A stretch of DNA of 64,000 bases from Candidatus Latescibacterota bacterium (lineage in GTDB: Bacteria > Latescibacterota > UBA2968 > UBA8231): contig CBDETK010000013.1 in assembly GCA_965242865.1 (NCBI GenBank), positions 1,664,001 through 1,728,000 on the forward strand, written 5' to 3'. The notes below the pieces were generated by a model, which did not search any database, was not told the DNA's origin, and saw only the letters and a list, made by a program, of their open reading frames with translations. Every line of letters begins with the position of its first letter. The stretch's first letter is position 1. Shown here in pieces: positions 47,962 through 57,085 of the stretch. Made by a program: the position numbers and the translations under genes.

Positions 47962-50133
47962 ATGCTTTCAAGTCATTTAGGGCTGCTATATCTGCGCGCC
48001 AAGGCTCTGGTGCTGATATTGTTAGCGGTCCAAGACCTAGGGGCCGAGCGGCGCACCATTGTCATGGGCGGCGAGGATGGGTTGGAGTGGGCTGGTGGCG
48101 GCGGCGCTATCGCGGCCTTGATCCAAACTGGGCCGACCGAGGTCGAGGCCAGCAATACCCCAGGCAATGTGCTCGAATTTGACGCGGCTGGCCGGCCGGG
48201 CTGGCTGGCGCCGCAGCGGGCGGATGAGACCGCCAATATCGCCTTGGGCCTGCTCGATCGCGGGGGTCGTCTCGGCGCGCCGACCATCTTGTCGCAGGTC
48301 ATAAAAGACCAGTTGATTTTTATGATTGACGACGATCCCACAACCGCCTTTGAGCGCAAGACCGCCCGGGGGGCGACCCAAGTCAACTCCTTGGGGGTGA
48401 TCATGGATTTCGACCTCGGCGCGCGGTTCGGGGTCGAGCGCATCCAGTTTTTTCCGCGCAACGCGCATCCCGATTTCCCCACCCCGGATTTTCCGTTCCA
48501 AAACGATTTTCTGCGGGGCTTTGAGCTGCTGCTCAACGACGGCCGCGAAGAAACGCAGGTGGCCAATCAGCCGGTGCTGACCACCGTTGAGCTGGAGCCG
48601 GAAAACCAAGAGCCGGTCGTCGAGCTGACCATCCCGCCGCAATACGTCCGCTACATCCGCTTGAAATCCCAGACCACCGTGGGGTTTGAGATCGCGGAAT
48701 TCCGCGTCTTTGGCTCCGGTTTTGTGCCCCGGGCCGATTATCTTTCCAACGTCTTTGATTTTGGCGAGGAATTGGCGCTGTGGGGGCGCATCCGCTGGGA
48801 AGAGCAGCCCTTTGGGGTCGAGCGTCTGTCGCGCTTGCTGATCAGCTCGCGCAGCGGCTGGGACGACACGCCGTTGGAATTTACCCGCCAACATCGCGGC
48901 GAGGACGTGCCGTGGCGAGCGGGAGCGGTCGCGGGCGATGCAGTTGATCTAGACGCCATGGCCGACGTCCAAGAGGCCCGCGACCTGTTCAACGCCCTGC
49001 CCATAGACGAGCGCAATCGGGTCGCCCTGACGCGGGACGAGTACGACGATTTGAAAAACGCGGACAAGGGCGACATCCGCGACGACCTCGTCGCGTGGAG
49101 CCGCTGGTCGCCGCCCTATAAGCTAACCGCCGAAGCTGTCGGCGTGCCTATTCTCTCGCCCGGCCCCCGCCGCTACTTCCAGTTGAAGGCCGAATTTGCC
49201 AGCGAGGATTTGGAATCGGCCCGGGCCTTGGGCCCCCTCGCCTTTACGGTGTCGAACCCGCCGCTGACCGAGCGGATCATCAGCGAGGTCGTCCCGCGCC
49301 AAGTCGAGCTGGGCGTCCCCGTGTCGTTCACGTATGCCGTCCTGCCGACCAAAATGCGCCGGGGCGTGGATTTGGGCTTTGACACGTTTGCGATCGCCAC
49401 GCCCGTGCGGGCCGAAGCGGTCGAAACTATCGAGGTAATCCACGCCGATGGCCGAGTGCAAGCGGCCGATTTCACGGGCGTCGCCCTGACCGACCTGCCC
49501 GTCCAAGACGCCAGCGGCCTCTTTGCTATAGAAGCGGCGACCGAGCGGCAATTGCGGGTGCGCTTTCCCGCCATTGTCGAAAGCGATTTGGCGGCCGGCC
49601 GAGCGGCCGTGGTCAAAATCCGCTTTGAGTGCCGCGTGCTGCGGTTTGGCACGACCTTTGCCGGCACCGCTTGGAACAGCGCGACCGACGACCTCGGCCA
49701 GCGGGTCATCGGCGGCAACGCAGCCGACTTGGGGGCCGCGGACGACGATTTAATCCCGCTGGGGGCCGCCGACCCCAACGACCTAGCGGTAAAGGTGCCG
49801 TTAGCGGGTAGCCGCCTGATGATCAACGTCGCGGCCCGACCGCGCCTGTTCACGCCCAACGGCGATGGGATCAACGACGAAACGCAAATCCACTGCGACT
49901 TGGTGCGGCTGGTCGATGCCGCGCCGCTCACGGTGCGCGTGTTCGATCTGGCCGGGCGGCTCGTCCGCACGCTCTTTGCCGGCGAGCGAGGCGGCGGGAG
50001 TTTTTCCGCGGCTTGGGACGGGGCGGACGCAGCGGGCCGCCGGGTGCCCCCGGGCATTTACCTCTTCCGCGTCCGGCTGGCCACCGATGCCAAAGAAGAA
50101 GCGGTCATGGGCGTCGTCGAAATGGTGTATTAA
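47962..50133 (+). CDS. Exported protein with a discoidin-like region and a C-terminal FlgD-Ig/CHU_C-type sorting domain
   Basis: C-terminus PRLFTPNGDGIND...VRVFDLAGRLVRTL...WDG.D.AGRRVPPGIY; 'DLG..F.V.RI.FFPR...RYIRL...EIAEFRVFG' discoidin-like pattern. The longer ORF start (47773) merely reads through the REP (WIPAFAGMT). Confidence 0.75.
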   Translation: MLSSHLGLLYLRAKALVLILLAVQDLGAERRTIVMGGEDGLEWAGGGGAIAALIQTGPTEVEASNTPGNVLEFDAAGRPGWLAPQRADETANIALGLLDRGGRLGAPTILSQVIKDQLIFMIDDDPTTAFERKTARGATQVNSLGVIMDFDLGARFGVERIQFFPRNAHPDFPTPDFPFQNDFLRGFELLLNDGREETQVANQPVLTTVELEPENQEPVVELTIPPQYVRYIRLKSQTTVGFEIAEFRVFGSGFVPRADYLSNVFDFGEELALWGRIRWEEQPFGVERLSRLLISSRSGWDDTPLEFTRQHRGEDVPWRAGAVAGDAVDLDAMADVQEARDLFNALPIDERNRVALTRDEYDDLKNADKGDIRDDLVAWSRWSPPYKLTAEAVGVPILSPGPRRYFQLKAEFASEDLESARALGPLAFTVSNPPLTERIISEVVPRQVELGVPVSFTYAVLPTKMRRGVDLGFDTFAIATPVRAEAVETIEVIHADGRVQAADFTGVALTDLPVQDASGLFAIEAATERQLRVRFPAIVESDLAAGRAAVVKIRFECRVLRFGTTFAGTAWNSATDDLGQRVIGGNAADLGAADDDLIPLGAADPNDLAVKVPLAGSRLMINVAARPRLFTPNGDGINDETQIHCDLVRLVDAAPLTVRVFDLAGRLVRTLFAGERGGGSFSAAWDGADAAGRRVPPGIYLFRVRLATDAKEEAVMGVVEMVY

Positions 50134-50499
50134 ATGTCCACCTATCAAAACGCCAAGGCTGCGATCATCACCATCTTGGAGCTTTCGCACGACGCGATCC
50201 ACGTTCACCTCGGATTGATCGTGTTTTTTGCGGCCGTAGTCCTTTGGAAAAAAGGCTCGATTGAAGCGCGCTGCTTGATCCCGGTGGTCATTGCGGCCTC
50301 CTTGATGGAGGCTTTCGATCTGGGCGACGATTATACCTATCTGCATTACTTTCGCCAGACAGCCCTAGAGGCCAGTATCCACGATCTACTCAATACCCTG
50401 TTTTGGCCGGTGGTCATCGTCATACTGGCTCGGCTCGGCCAATGGAAGAACGATCGGAAGGAAGGCCTAGCGATGGAGGAATTTGATGGGCAAAACTAG
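50134..50499 (+). CDS. Small membrane protein (VanZ-like H/E/D pattern)
   Basis: DAIHVHLG, ME..D, SIHDLLNTLFWP; three hydrophobic segments. Confidence 0.6.
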   Translation: MSTYQNAKAAIITILELSHDAIHVHLGLIVFFAAVVLWKKGSIEARCLIPVVIAASLMEAFDLGDDYTYLHYFRQTALEASIHDLLNTLFWPVVIVILARLGQWKNDRKEGLAMEEFDGQN

Positions 50500-53278
50500 G
50501 GGGATACCCGCGTGGTTGGTCCTCGTGGCCTTGGTCGCGCCGGCGACCGGGGCAGTAGGCCAGACCCTGGACCGTCGTTTCGGGACCCAGCGCGGTGCCC
50601 AGCTCACCTTTGAGCCCCGAGGGCCGGGCGTCCTCTTCGATGCCCTCGACCCGGCGCTCAAGAAATGGTACGTGCCGCAGGAGCTGTACGTGGATTACGG
50701 CTTTCGCCAGTGGGAGTACTCAAACTACGCCCGCACCCTATACCAGCGCTACGTCAACACCAACCGCCAAGGCGGGCCGTTTTACGACCTGTACGGGAAT
50801 TACCAGACTTGGGGTTGGTTGATTTTCGACTGGAACCAGACGCAACCGGGCCAATTTGGTTCGTCGATATACAAAGACCCCAAGTTCAATTCGTGGTTCA
50901 ACGCCGTCACGGTCTCGTCCGATGCACGCGATCAGTATTACCTCGCGATCACCATTGGCGAGCGCATCCGCACGGCCCTGACGCCGCTGACCTTTTCCAA
51001 GCCGCGCTTCAACGGCATCCAGATGGACTTTGCCGCGGACAAGTACGAGGCGACCCTGTTGTTCTCCCGCGCCAGCGAGGCCATCCTCGGCACCACCCCC
51101 GAACGCCAGCCCAGCACCTCGACCAACGCGACCAACATGATGGGGGGCCGGGCCACCGCGCAGGTGGGGGATTTCGTCAAGGTCGGCGCGACGCTGGTCA
51201 ACGCCCATCACTCGCAGACGCTGGCCGAGGCGTTTGAACGCAACCCCCTCGTCGGCACCTTGGGGGCCGAGCAGGGCAGCGACCCGATCCGGGCCATTGC
51301 CATCGTCCTGAGCGACGACTCCCCGGAAGACGGTCGGGGCGGGGCCGCGCTGTTTGCCCACGACATTATCATTACGGCCGAGGATTTCGACACCAAGAAG
51401 CGCACGAAATTCCGCTGGCGGGAGGTGGTGGCCGATCCGACCAAGTGGCCGGTCCTCACCGGCGGCTTCCCCCGGGAGGGCTTTTTGGCGGCCGACGGCA
51501 GCGAGCAGATCGTCATCAACTACGATTTCACGGACTTGGCGTACATCGGTCCTAGGCCGACCGAGATCGTGGATATCCAGTTCGATTTGGTGGTGGCCAA
51601 CGACTACAAAATTCAGGTTTGGTCCGATCGCCAAATCGGGCGCGGCAGCCTGCCCAGTCCGCCGCTTACGAGCTTGGATTTGGAACAAGCCGGGGCCGTG
51701 CTCTTTGACGTCCGCAGCGCGGCCGGCAATGTGACGGACAATTCAAACCAACAGCGCGTAGTCTTTGACTATGGGTTGCCGTCGGCCAACATGGTGTTCG
51801 GGTTTACGCTCGAAGTGTTGCAGTGGCTGGGCTTTGACGCCTATGCCGAGTACGACATCAACCGCGCGTACACCCAGTATCCCAACCTCACGCTCGTCAA
51901 CTCCGATCGCAACCTGAATACCCACGCCCGCGACGCAGCCGCTTGGATGGTCAACGTGTCCAAGCAGGCGTATCCGTTTTTCTTGTTCGGCGAAGCCTTC
52001 AGCATGGACCCGGCGTACTCGACGACCGCGTTTATCGTGGATTCGGGCGGCAGCGTGTATTACGACGACGAGCGCACCTCAGTCTATGAGTTTGTCGATG
52101 ACAACGACGACCAAGACCGCACGCCCGATTGGAGCCGCTGGGGCCAAGGCGGCCCGGACGCAATCGTCTTCCCCGGGTGGGACGAAAACAACGATTTTGT
52201 CTCGGATTTCAACCAGAACGACAACATCTCTCTGAGCAATCGCATCCCGGATTACGAGGAGCCGTTTTTCCGCTACACCGTCGACCGGCCCGAATTCCTC
52301 TTTGGCATCGACCTCAACAACAACAACTGGATCGACCGCTTTGAAAACGACGACTTGCCCGACTACCCCTATCGCCGCAACCACCGGGGCTACAATGTGT
52401 ACGTCGGCCAACACCTGACGCCGGACGCTCGCCTGACCGTCGGGCGGCTGCGCGAGGACGAAATATCCTCCAACCGCCGCAACCACGTGACCTACGGCAT
52501 CTTCGCGTACGACCGCGACCACCCGCGCTGGGGCCGCCTGCGGTTTTTCAATTCCCTGAAAAAGGTCGCCGACGACATCCCGGACATTCGCCGCGAGCCA
52601 ACTCCCGACTTGCAGACGGTCTCGCTGGCCCACGTCGAGGACATCCTGCCGGCGCGGGACACCTGGGTCAACGACAGCTACGTGCAATTCGATTACGCCC
52701 CCGTGCAAAACCTAAACGCGATCAACAAGTTCAAGTACAGCCTGTTCCACCAGCGCGGCACGGCGTTCAAAAGCGGCGACGCGCCCATCCTCAACCAGCG
52801 CACCTATTTTCTGGGGTTGATCAACAAGGCCGATTACACCTACGCGATCGGCCAACTCGTGCTGCAACCCAAGGTCAAAAGCGAATACCTCAACCAGACG
52901 GCCTTTTTGGCGGCCGATCCTGACCGCGAGGAGTGGATGGGCATTGGCATTGTGCAGGCGCGGCTGCCGGTGTTGAACAACTCCTTCCTCGAAAGCGGCG
53001 TGGAGTACTCCATGTTCCGCGAATTGGTCCTCAACGAAGACGCCTTGCTGGCCGCTGGCCCGACCGGGGACACGGGCGATTTTCGCAACTTGGTCTTGGC
53101 CGTGCAGTGGACGACGCTCGGCCACTACTTGGGCTACAAGCTGACCACCCAGTTCGGCCTCAGCTACACCAAGCGATGGGACGAGGCCGTAGTCTTGACC
53201 ACCGAGGGCCTAGTCAAACAAACCGAGAGCCGCTCCTTCGGCACCAGTTTTATCTCAGTGTACGCCGGCGTAGAATAA
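50486..53278 (+). CDS. Large exported/outer-membrane protein of unknown family, paralog A
   Basis: GGAGGA RBS, signal peptide, Asp/Asn loops (DDNDDQD, DENNDFVSD, DLNNNNWID), amphipathic C-terminal strands (SFISVYAGVE). Confidence 0.75.
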   Translation: MGKTRGIPAWLVLVALVAPATGAVGQTLDRRFGTQRGAQLTFEPRGPGVLFDALDPALKKWYVPQELYVDYGFRQWEYSNYARTLYQRYVNTNRQGGPFYDLYGNYQTWGWLIFDWNQTQPGQFGSSIYKDPKFNSWFNAVTVSSDARDQYYLAITIGERIRTALTPLTFSKPRFNGIQMDFAADKYEATLLFSRASEAILGTTPERQPSTSTNATNMMGGRATAQVGDFVKVGATLVNAHHSQTLAEAFERNPLVGTLGAEQGSDPIRAIAIVLSDDSPEDGRGGAALFAHDIIITAEDFDTKKRTKFRWREVVADPTKWPVLTGGFPREGFLAADGSEQIVINYDFTDLAYIGPRPTEIVDIQFDLVVANDYKIQVWSDRQIGRGSLPSPPLTSLDLEQAGAVLFDVRSAAGNVTDNSNQQRVVFDYGLPSANMVFGFTLEVLQWLGFDAYAEYDINRAYTQYPNLTLVNSDRNLNTHARDAAAWMVNVSKQAYPFFLFGEAFSMDPAYSTTAFIVDSGGSVYYDDERTSVYEFVDDNDDQDRTPDWSRWGQGGPDAIVFPGWDENNDFVSDFNQNDNISLSNRIPDYEEPFFRYTVDRPEFLFGIDLNNNNWIDRFENDDLPDYPYRRNHRGYNVYVGQHLTPDARLTVGRLREDEISSNRRNHVTYGIFAYDRDHPRWGRLRFFNSLKKVADDIPDIRREPTPDLQTVSLAHVEDILPARDTWVNDSYVQFDYAPVQNLNAINKFKYSLFHQRGTAFKSGDAPILNQRTYFLGLINKADYTYAIGQLVLQPKVKSEYLNQTAFLAADPDREEWMGIGIVQARLPVLNNSFLESGVEYSMFRELVLNEDALLAAGPTGDTGDFRNLVLAVQWTTLGHYLGYKLTTQFGLSYTKRWDEAVVLTTEGLVKQTESRSFGTSFISVYAGVE

Positions 53279-56200
53279 TGCGACGCAATTCAACCCAGCC
53301 GCCGCCCTTATGGTGCCCCGCGATTTCCCTGCTGTCCATCCTATCCCCGGCGATTCGCCGTTGGGACAGGCCCCCGTTGGGACAGGCCCCCGTTGGGACA
53401 GGCCCCCGTTGGGACAGGCCCCGTTGGGACAGGCCCCGTTGGGACAGGCCCCGTTGGGACAGGCCCCGTTGGGACAGGCCCCGTTGGGACAGGCCCCCGT
53501 TGGGACAGGCCCCCGTTGGGACAGGCCCCTGTTGGGACAGGCCCCCGTGCCTGTCCATCCCCATACCTATCCCCACCCTCATCGCAATCTCCCTCCTCTC
53601 CCTCCTCTCCCTCCTCCTCTCCCCCGCGACCGCCCAACCCGACTACGGCAACCGCCTAGGAACCCACGAAGCCGACCGGGTCTCCTACTACGCCAGCGGC
53701 CCGCTCGTACAGCAGGCGGCGTTGGTCCCGGCGTTGAAGCGCTGGTACATGCCGCAGGAAATGGCCTCGGAATACCGCTACCAGTGGGAGTACACCAACT
53801 ACGCCAAGACGCCCTACCGCCGCTATTTTTCGCCCCAGCAAGAAGGCGATTATTTCTACGACCTGTACGGCCGCTACTTGACCAAGGGGTGGCTGGTGTA
53901 CGACTGGCGGCAGCGGCAGCCGACCAGCTCGGGCGGCTCGGGCCTGCTCAAGCCCGATGGCCGCTACAACTCGTGGTTTAGCAACCTGCTCGTCTCCACC
54001 GACGCCAAGGGCCAGCACTACTTGGGGGTGACGATCGGCGACTTGATCAACACCACGCTGACGCCGATGACGTTCCGCAAAACCCGCTTCAACGGAGTGC
54101 AATTCGACTATGCGGCCGATCGCTTGGCCGCGACCGTGCTGCTGTCGCGGATTAGTCTGCCGGTGCATCAGATCGCTCCCGGGGTGCGCGTCCCGGTGGT
54201 CACGGAAAACTTTACCAATCTGCTCGGCTTCAGGAGCGAGTGGAAGGCCCTCGACGCGGTGCGCTTGGGTGCGACCTTTGTCAACGCCCACAACGGCCGG
54301 GCGCAAGCCGACCGCGGCGGCAACCCGTTCAAGGGCAAGCTGACCAACGGCCAGCTAGAAAACCGCATCAACTGGATCATCGTCCGCATCACGGACGACT
54401 CGCCCGAAGACGGCGTGGGCGGCCCCATGGTTTTCGACCGCGACATTGAGGTCCATACCCAAATCGGCGGCCGCGACACCGTGCTGGTCGGCAGCCGGCT
54501 CGGGTTTCAGCCGCAGGTGGAAGGGGGCACCACGCGCAATGGCTTTCCCGTGGCCGAAGGAGCCGGCAGCGAGGGCGCGATCACGTACCGCTACAATTTT
54601 TCGGCGGCGGACCCGGCCGTGGCGGCGTTGGAAGACCTCGTAGATGACGCCGATTTGGTCAACAACATCACCGCGGTGCGGTTCCGCTTCTTGCTCAACA
54701 ACGATTACCGGGTCGCGGTCACCTCGGATGTCCAGACGGACAACGAGCCGTTGGGGGCCCAATCCAAGTTCTTGACGGTGGTGCGGGCCGCGGGCAATGT
54801 CCGCGACAACTCCAATCAGCAGTGGGTAGTCTTTGACTACGGCTTGCCGACCGCGACGCAGGTTTTTGGCTTCAGTGTTGAGGTCCGCGACTGGGCGGGG
54901 TTTCAGCTATACGCCGAGTACAATGTCAACCACCAGTTCCGGCAGTACCCCAACATCGCGCGCTCAACGCACCGCAGCGCGTCCGGCGTGGTAGGCAACG
55001 AGTCCGCGACCGGCTGGATGATCAACGTCGCCAGAGAATTCTATCCCTTCTTCTTCTTTGGTGAGGCATTCGGCATGGACGCTGAGTACAATACCACGTC
55101 GTTTCTCGTCGATCAGGGCGGGCGGATCAATTACGGCGCGGACGAAGAGGCCCGGTCGGAATTTATCTACGACTTGGTCGACGACAACGACGACAACGAC
55201 CTCCGCCTCGACCAACGGCGCGACAAGGAGGGCTGGGCCGACGAGGCCGTGTTCCCCGGGCTTGACGAAAACAACGACTTCATTTCCGATTTCAACCAGA
55301 ACAATACTTCGGTGCGCCCCAACTTCACGCCCGACTACGAGGAGCAGTTTTTGCGCCACTACGTCGATCGCCCGGAATTCGTCTTCGCGCTCGATTTGAA
55401 CAACAACGGTTGGGGCGAGCGCTTTGAAAACGACGACGAGCCGGATTACCCCTACAAGCGCGACCGGCGCGGGTACAACGCTTACGTGGGGGCGTGGCTG
55501 ACGCCGGAATTGAAGTGGATGGCCGGGCAAGAGCACGTTCAGCGTTTATCGACGGGCGAAAGCAATGTGACCCGCTACGCCCTGCTGGCCTACGAGCGCA
55601 GCTTCCCCCAGGTGGGCAATGCAGCTTTGTACAACCTGTTCAAGGTGGTGCAGGACGACATCGCCGACGACGTGGTTCAGTGGGTGACGGCGCGGCCCGA
55701 GCTGGGCCGACCGCTGGACTCGTCCGGGTCGATGCAGCCCATTGCGGACCCGCTGGCGATGCGCGACGCGGTGGTCAACCGGCTGTGGGCTGGTTTTACC
55801 GGCAAGTCCTACAAGGGCATTCACAGCGAGGGCAAGTTCATTCACGAATTCATTCGGCAGCGCGACGCCAACGCCCGCGATCGCGCCGGTCGCCCGATCG
55901 CCCGCACCACGCGGCGGCTGGGGCTGATCAACCGCTTTGACTACCAGTTCTCGCTGGGCCGGACGGCGATACAACCGCGCTTCAAGCACGAGCTCTTCAT
56001 GGACGACACCCCCTACCACATCGGTCGCCTGACCAGCGCTGCGACCGCCGAGCGCCAAGACTGGAGCGGGATTTTCTCGCTCTTGTTGCGCCGTCCCTTT
56101 TTGAACCGCGTGTTGCTACAGTTGGGCGTTGAGCACCTGATCTTCCGCGATTTTGTCCAAGCCGAGACGGCCGCCGGTGGCTTGCGGGCGGGCGATGTAA

Positions 56201-56385
56201 CCGGGGATTTCGACGAGACATCGCTCGCCGTGCAATTTTCCATTGACAAGCCGTACCTGGGCTATACCCTGCAAACCCTGATGGGGATCAGACTGAGCAG
56301 ACGTCATCTAGAGCGCTTTGAGCAGCCGAGGGCGCGGGAGACGGGCGCGCTTTCCTTTGTGACGGTATATGGCAGCGTCCGCTAA
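53278..56385 (+). CDS. Large exported/outer-membrane protein of unknown family, paralog B, with repeat-expanded leader
   Basis: TAATG coupling to paralog A; shared motifs (PALK.WY.PQE, WEY.NYA, LTP.TF.K.RFNG.Q.D, DDSPEDG, FDYGLP, YPFF.FGEAF.MD, RFENDD.PDYPY). Confidence 0.75.
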   Translation: MRRNSTQPPPLWCPAISLLSILSPAIRRWDRPPLGQAPVGTGPRWDRPRWDRPRWDRPRWDRPRWDRPRWDRPPLGQAPVGTGPCWDRPPCLSIPIPIPTLIAISLLSLLSLLLSPATAQPDYGNRLGTHEADRVSYYASGPLVQQAALVPALKRWYMPQEMASEYRYQWEYTNYAKTPYRRYFSPQQEGDYFYDLYGRYLTKGWLVYDWRQRQPTSSGGSGLLKPDGRYNSWFSNLLVSTDAKGQHYLGVTIGDLINTTLTPMTFRKTRFNGVQFDYAADRLAATVLLSRISLPVHQIAPGVRVPVVTENFTNLLGFRSEWKALDAVRLGATFVNAHNGRAQADRGGNPFKGKLTNGQLENRINWIIVRITDDSPEDGVGGPMVFDRDIEVHTQIGGRDTVLVGSRLGFQPQVEGGTTRNGFPVAEGAGSEGAITYRYNFSAADPAVAALEDLVDDADLVNNITAVRFRFLLNNDYRVAVTSDVQTDNEPLGAQSKFLTVVRAAGNVRDNSNQQWVVFDYGLPTATQVFGFSVEVRDWAGFQLYAEYNVNHQFRQYPNIARSTHRSASGVVGNESATGWMINVAREFYPFFFFGEAFGMDAEYNTTSFLVDQGGRINYGADEEARSEFIYDLVDDNDDNDLRLDQRRDKEGWADEAVFPGLDENNDFISDFNQNNTSVRPNFTPDYEEQFLRHYVDRPEFVFALDLNNNGWGERFENDDEPDYPYKRDRRGYNAYVGAWLTPELKWMAGQEHVQRLSTGESNVTRYALLAYERSFPQVGNAALYNLFKVVQDDIADDVVQWVTARPELGRPLDSSGSMQPIADPLAMRDAVVNRLWAGFTGKSYKGIHSEGKFIHEFIRQRDANARDRAGRPIARTTRRLGLINRFDYQFSLGRTAIQPRFKHELFMDDTPYHIGRLTSAATAERQDWSGIFSLLLRRPFLNRVLLQLGVEHLIFRDFVQAETAAGGLRAGDVTGDFDETSLAVQFSIDKPYLGYTLQTLMGIRLSRRHLERFEQPRARETGALSFVTVYGSVR
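53360..53556 (+). repeat. Tandem array of 12 GTTGGGACAGG-C(4-5) units ending in a REP-like hairpin
   Basis: Counted directly: seven 16-bp and five 15-bp units (53360-53546); the last continues GTGCCTGTCC, giving the hairpin GGACAGGC-CCCCGT-GCCTGTCC. Confidence 0.95.
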
Positions 56386-56455
56386 ATTATATAGTCGTCC
56401 TAAATGACTTGAAAGCATGGCATGTTGATCGACGCCATCTTTTTTATCTAGGAAA

Positions 56456-56535
56456 CGTCATTCCCGCGAAAGAACGTCACCCCGTGCTCCGACACGGGGC
56501 GGGAATCCAGTCTTGAATGATGTAGGATTGCTATA
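56456..56535 (+). repeat. 80-bp nested REP-like element, copy 1
   Basis: CGTCATTCCCGCGAAAG[AACGTCACCCCGTGCTCCGACACGGGG]CGGGAATCCAGTCTTGAATGATGTAGGATTGCTATA. Confidence 0.9.
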
Positions 56536-56540
56536 CCGTT

Positions 56541-56798
56541 ATGAACAGGCCGGTGTGGTGGGATTGGGAATTGGAGTTATCCTTCCATTTGGAAAAGCGC
56601 ATGCTCCAGCGCGATTTTACCGAGATTGACTTGCGTACTATGTTGGATCGAGCCACTGGGTATCACCCGGACTTTGTAGAGGGACGCTGGAGCATTGCAA
56701 CAATTCATCGCTATCATCCATGGGAAGTTATCGTCGAACCGGATTTTCTGGAAAGGTTGCTGGTCGTTATAACTGCGTATCCCCTTTTGAGGAGTTAA
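56541..56798 (+). CDS. DUF4258-like putative toxin
   Basis: HLEKRMLQRDF...WEVIVEPD...LVVITAYP; AT-richer. Confidence 0.65.
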   Translation: MNRPVWWDWELELSFHLEKRMLQRDFTEIDLRTMLDRATGYHPDFVEGRWSIATIHRYHPWEVIVEPDFLERLLVVITAYPLLRS

Positions 56799-56800
56799 GT

Positions 56801-57085
56801 ATGAGACAACGCTATTTGGAAATTACCTTTCGCAAAGGAAAGCCCTTAGCCGCTTACTTGTACCTATCCGGTACTTCGGGTGTAAAAAGTCTGCGAACCG
56901 AGCCGAGAGATGTAGGTTTATTGGTGGACTTTGGCCCTGAAGATCGCCCTATTGGTTTAGAGATCACAGCACCAGAGCAAACAACGGTCGCTCAGATCAA
57001 CGAGATTTTGCGTAGTCTCGGTCTTTCTCCCATGGCGGAGGAGGACTTATCGCCGCTATACCAACTTAGTAAGGCACCACAATGA
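56801..57085 (+). CDS. DUF2283 family protein (putative antitoxin)
   Basis: AAYLYL, LLVDFG....IGLEI; GAGGAG RBS. Confidence 0.7.
   Translation: MRQRYLEITFRKGKPLAAYLYLSGTSGVKSLRTEPRDVGLLVDFGPEDRPIGLEITAPEQTTVAQINEILRSLGLSPMAEEDLSPLYQLSKAPQ

Noticed and set aside
53360-53546. CRISPR array
   Set aside because: The units are directly adjacent with no unique spacers, are only 15-16 bp, and no cas genes are present.
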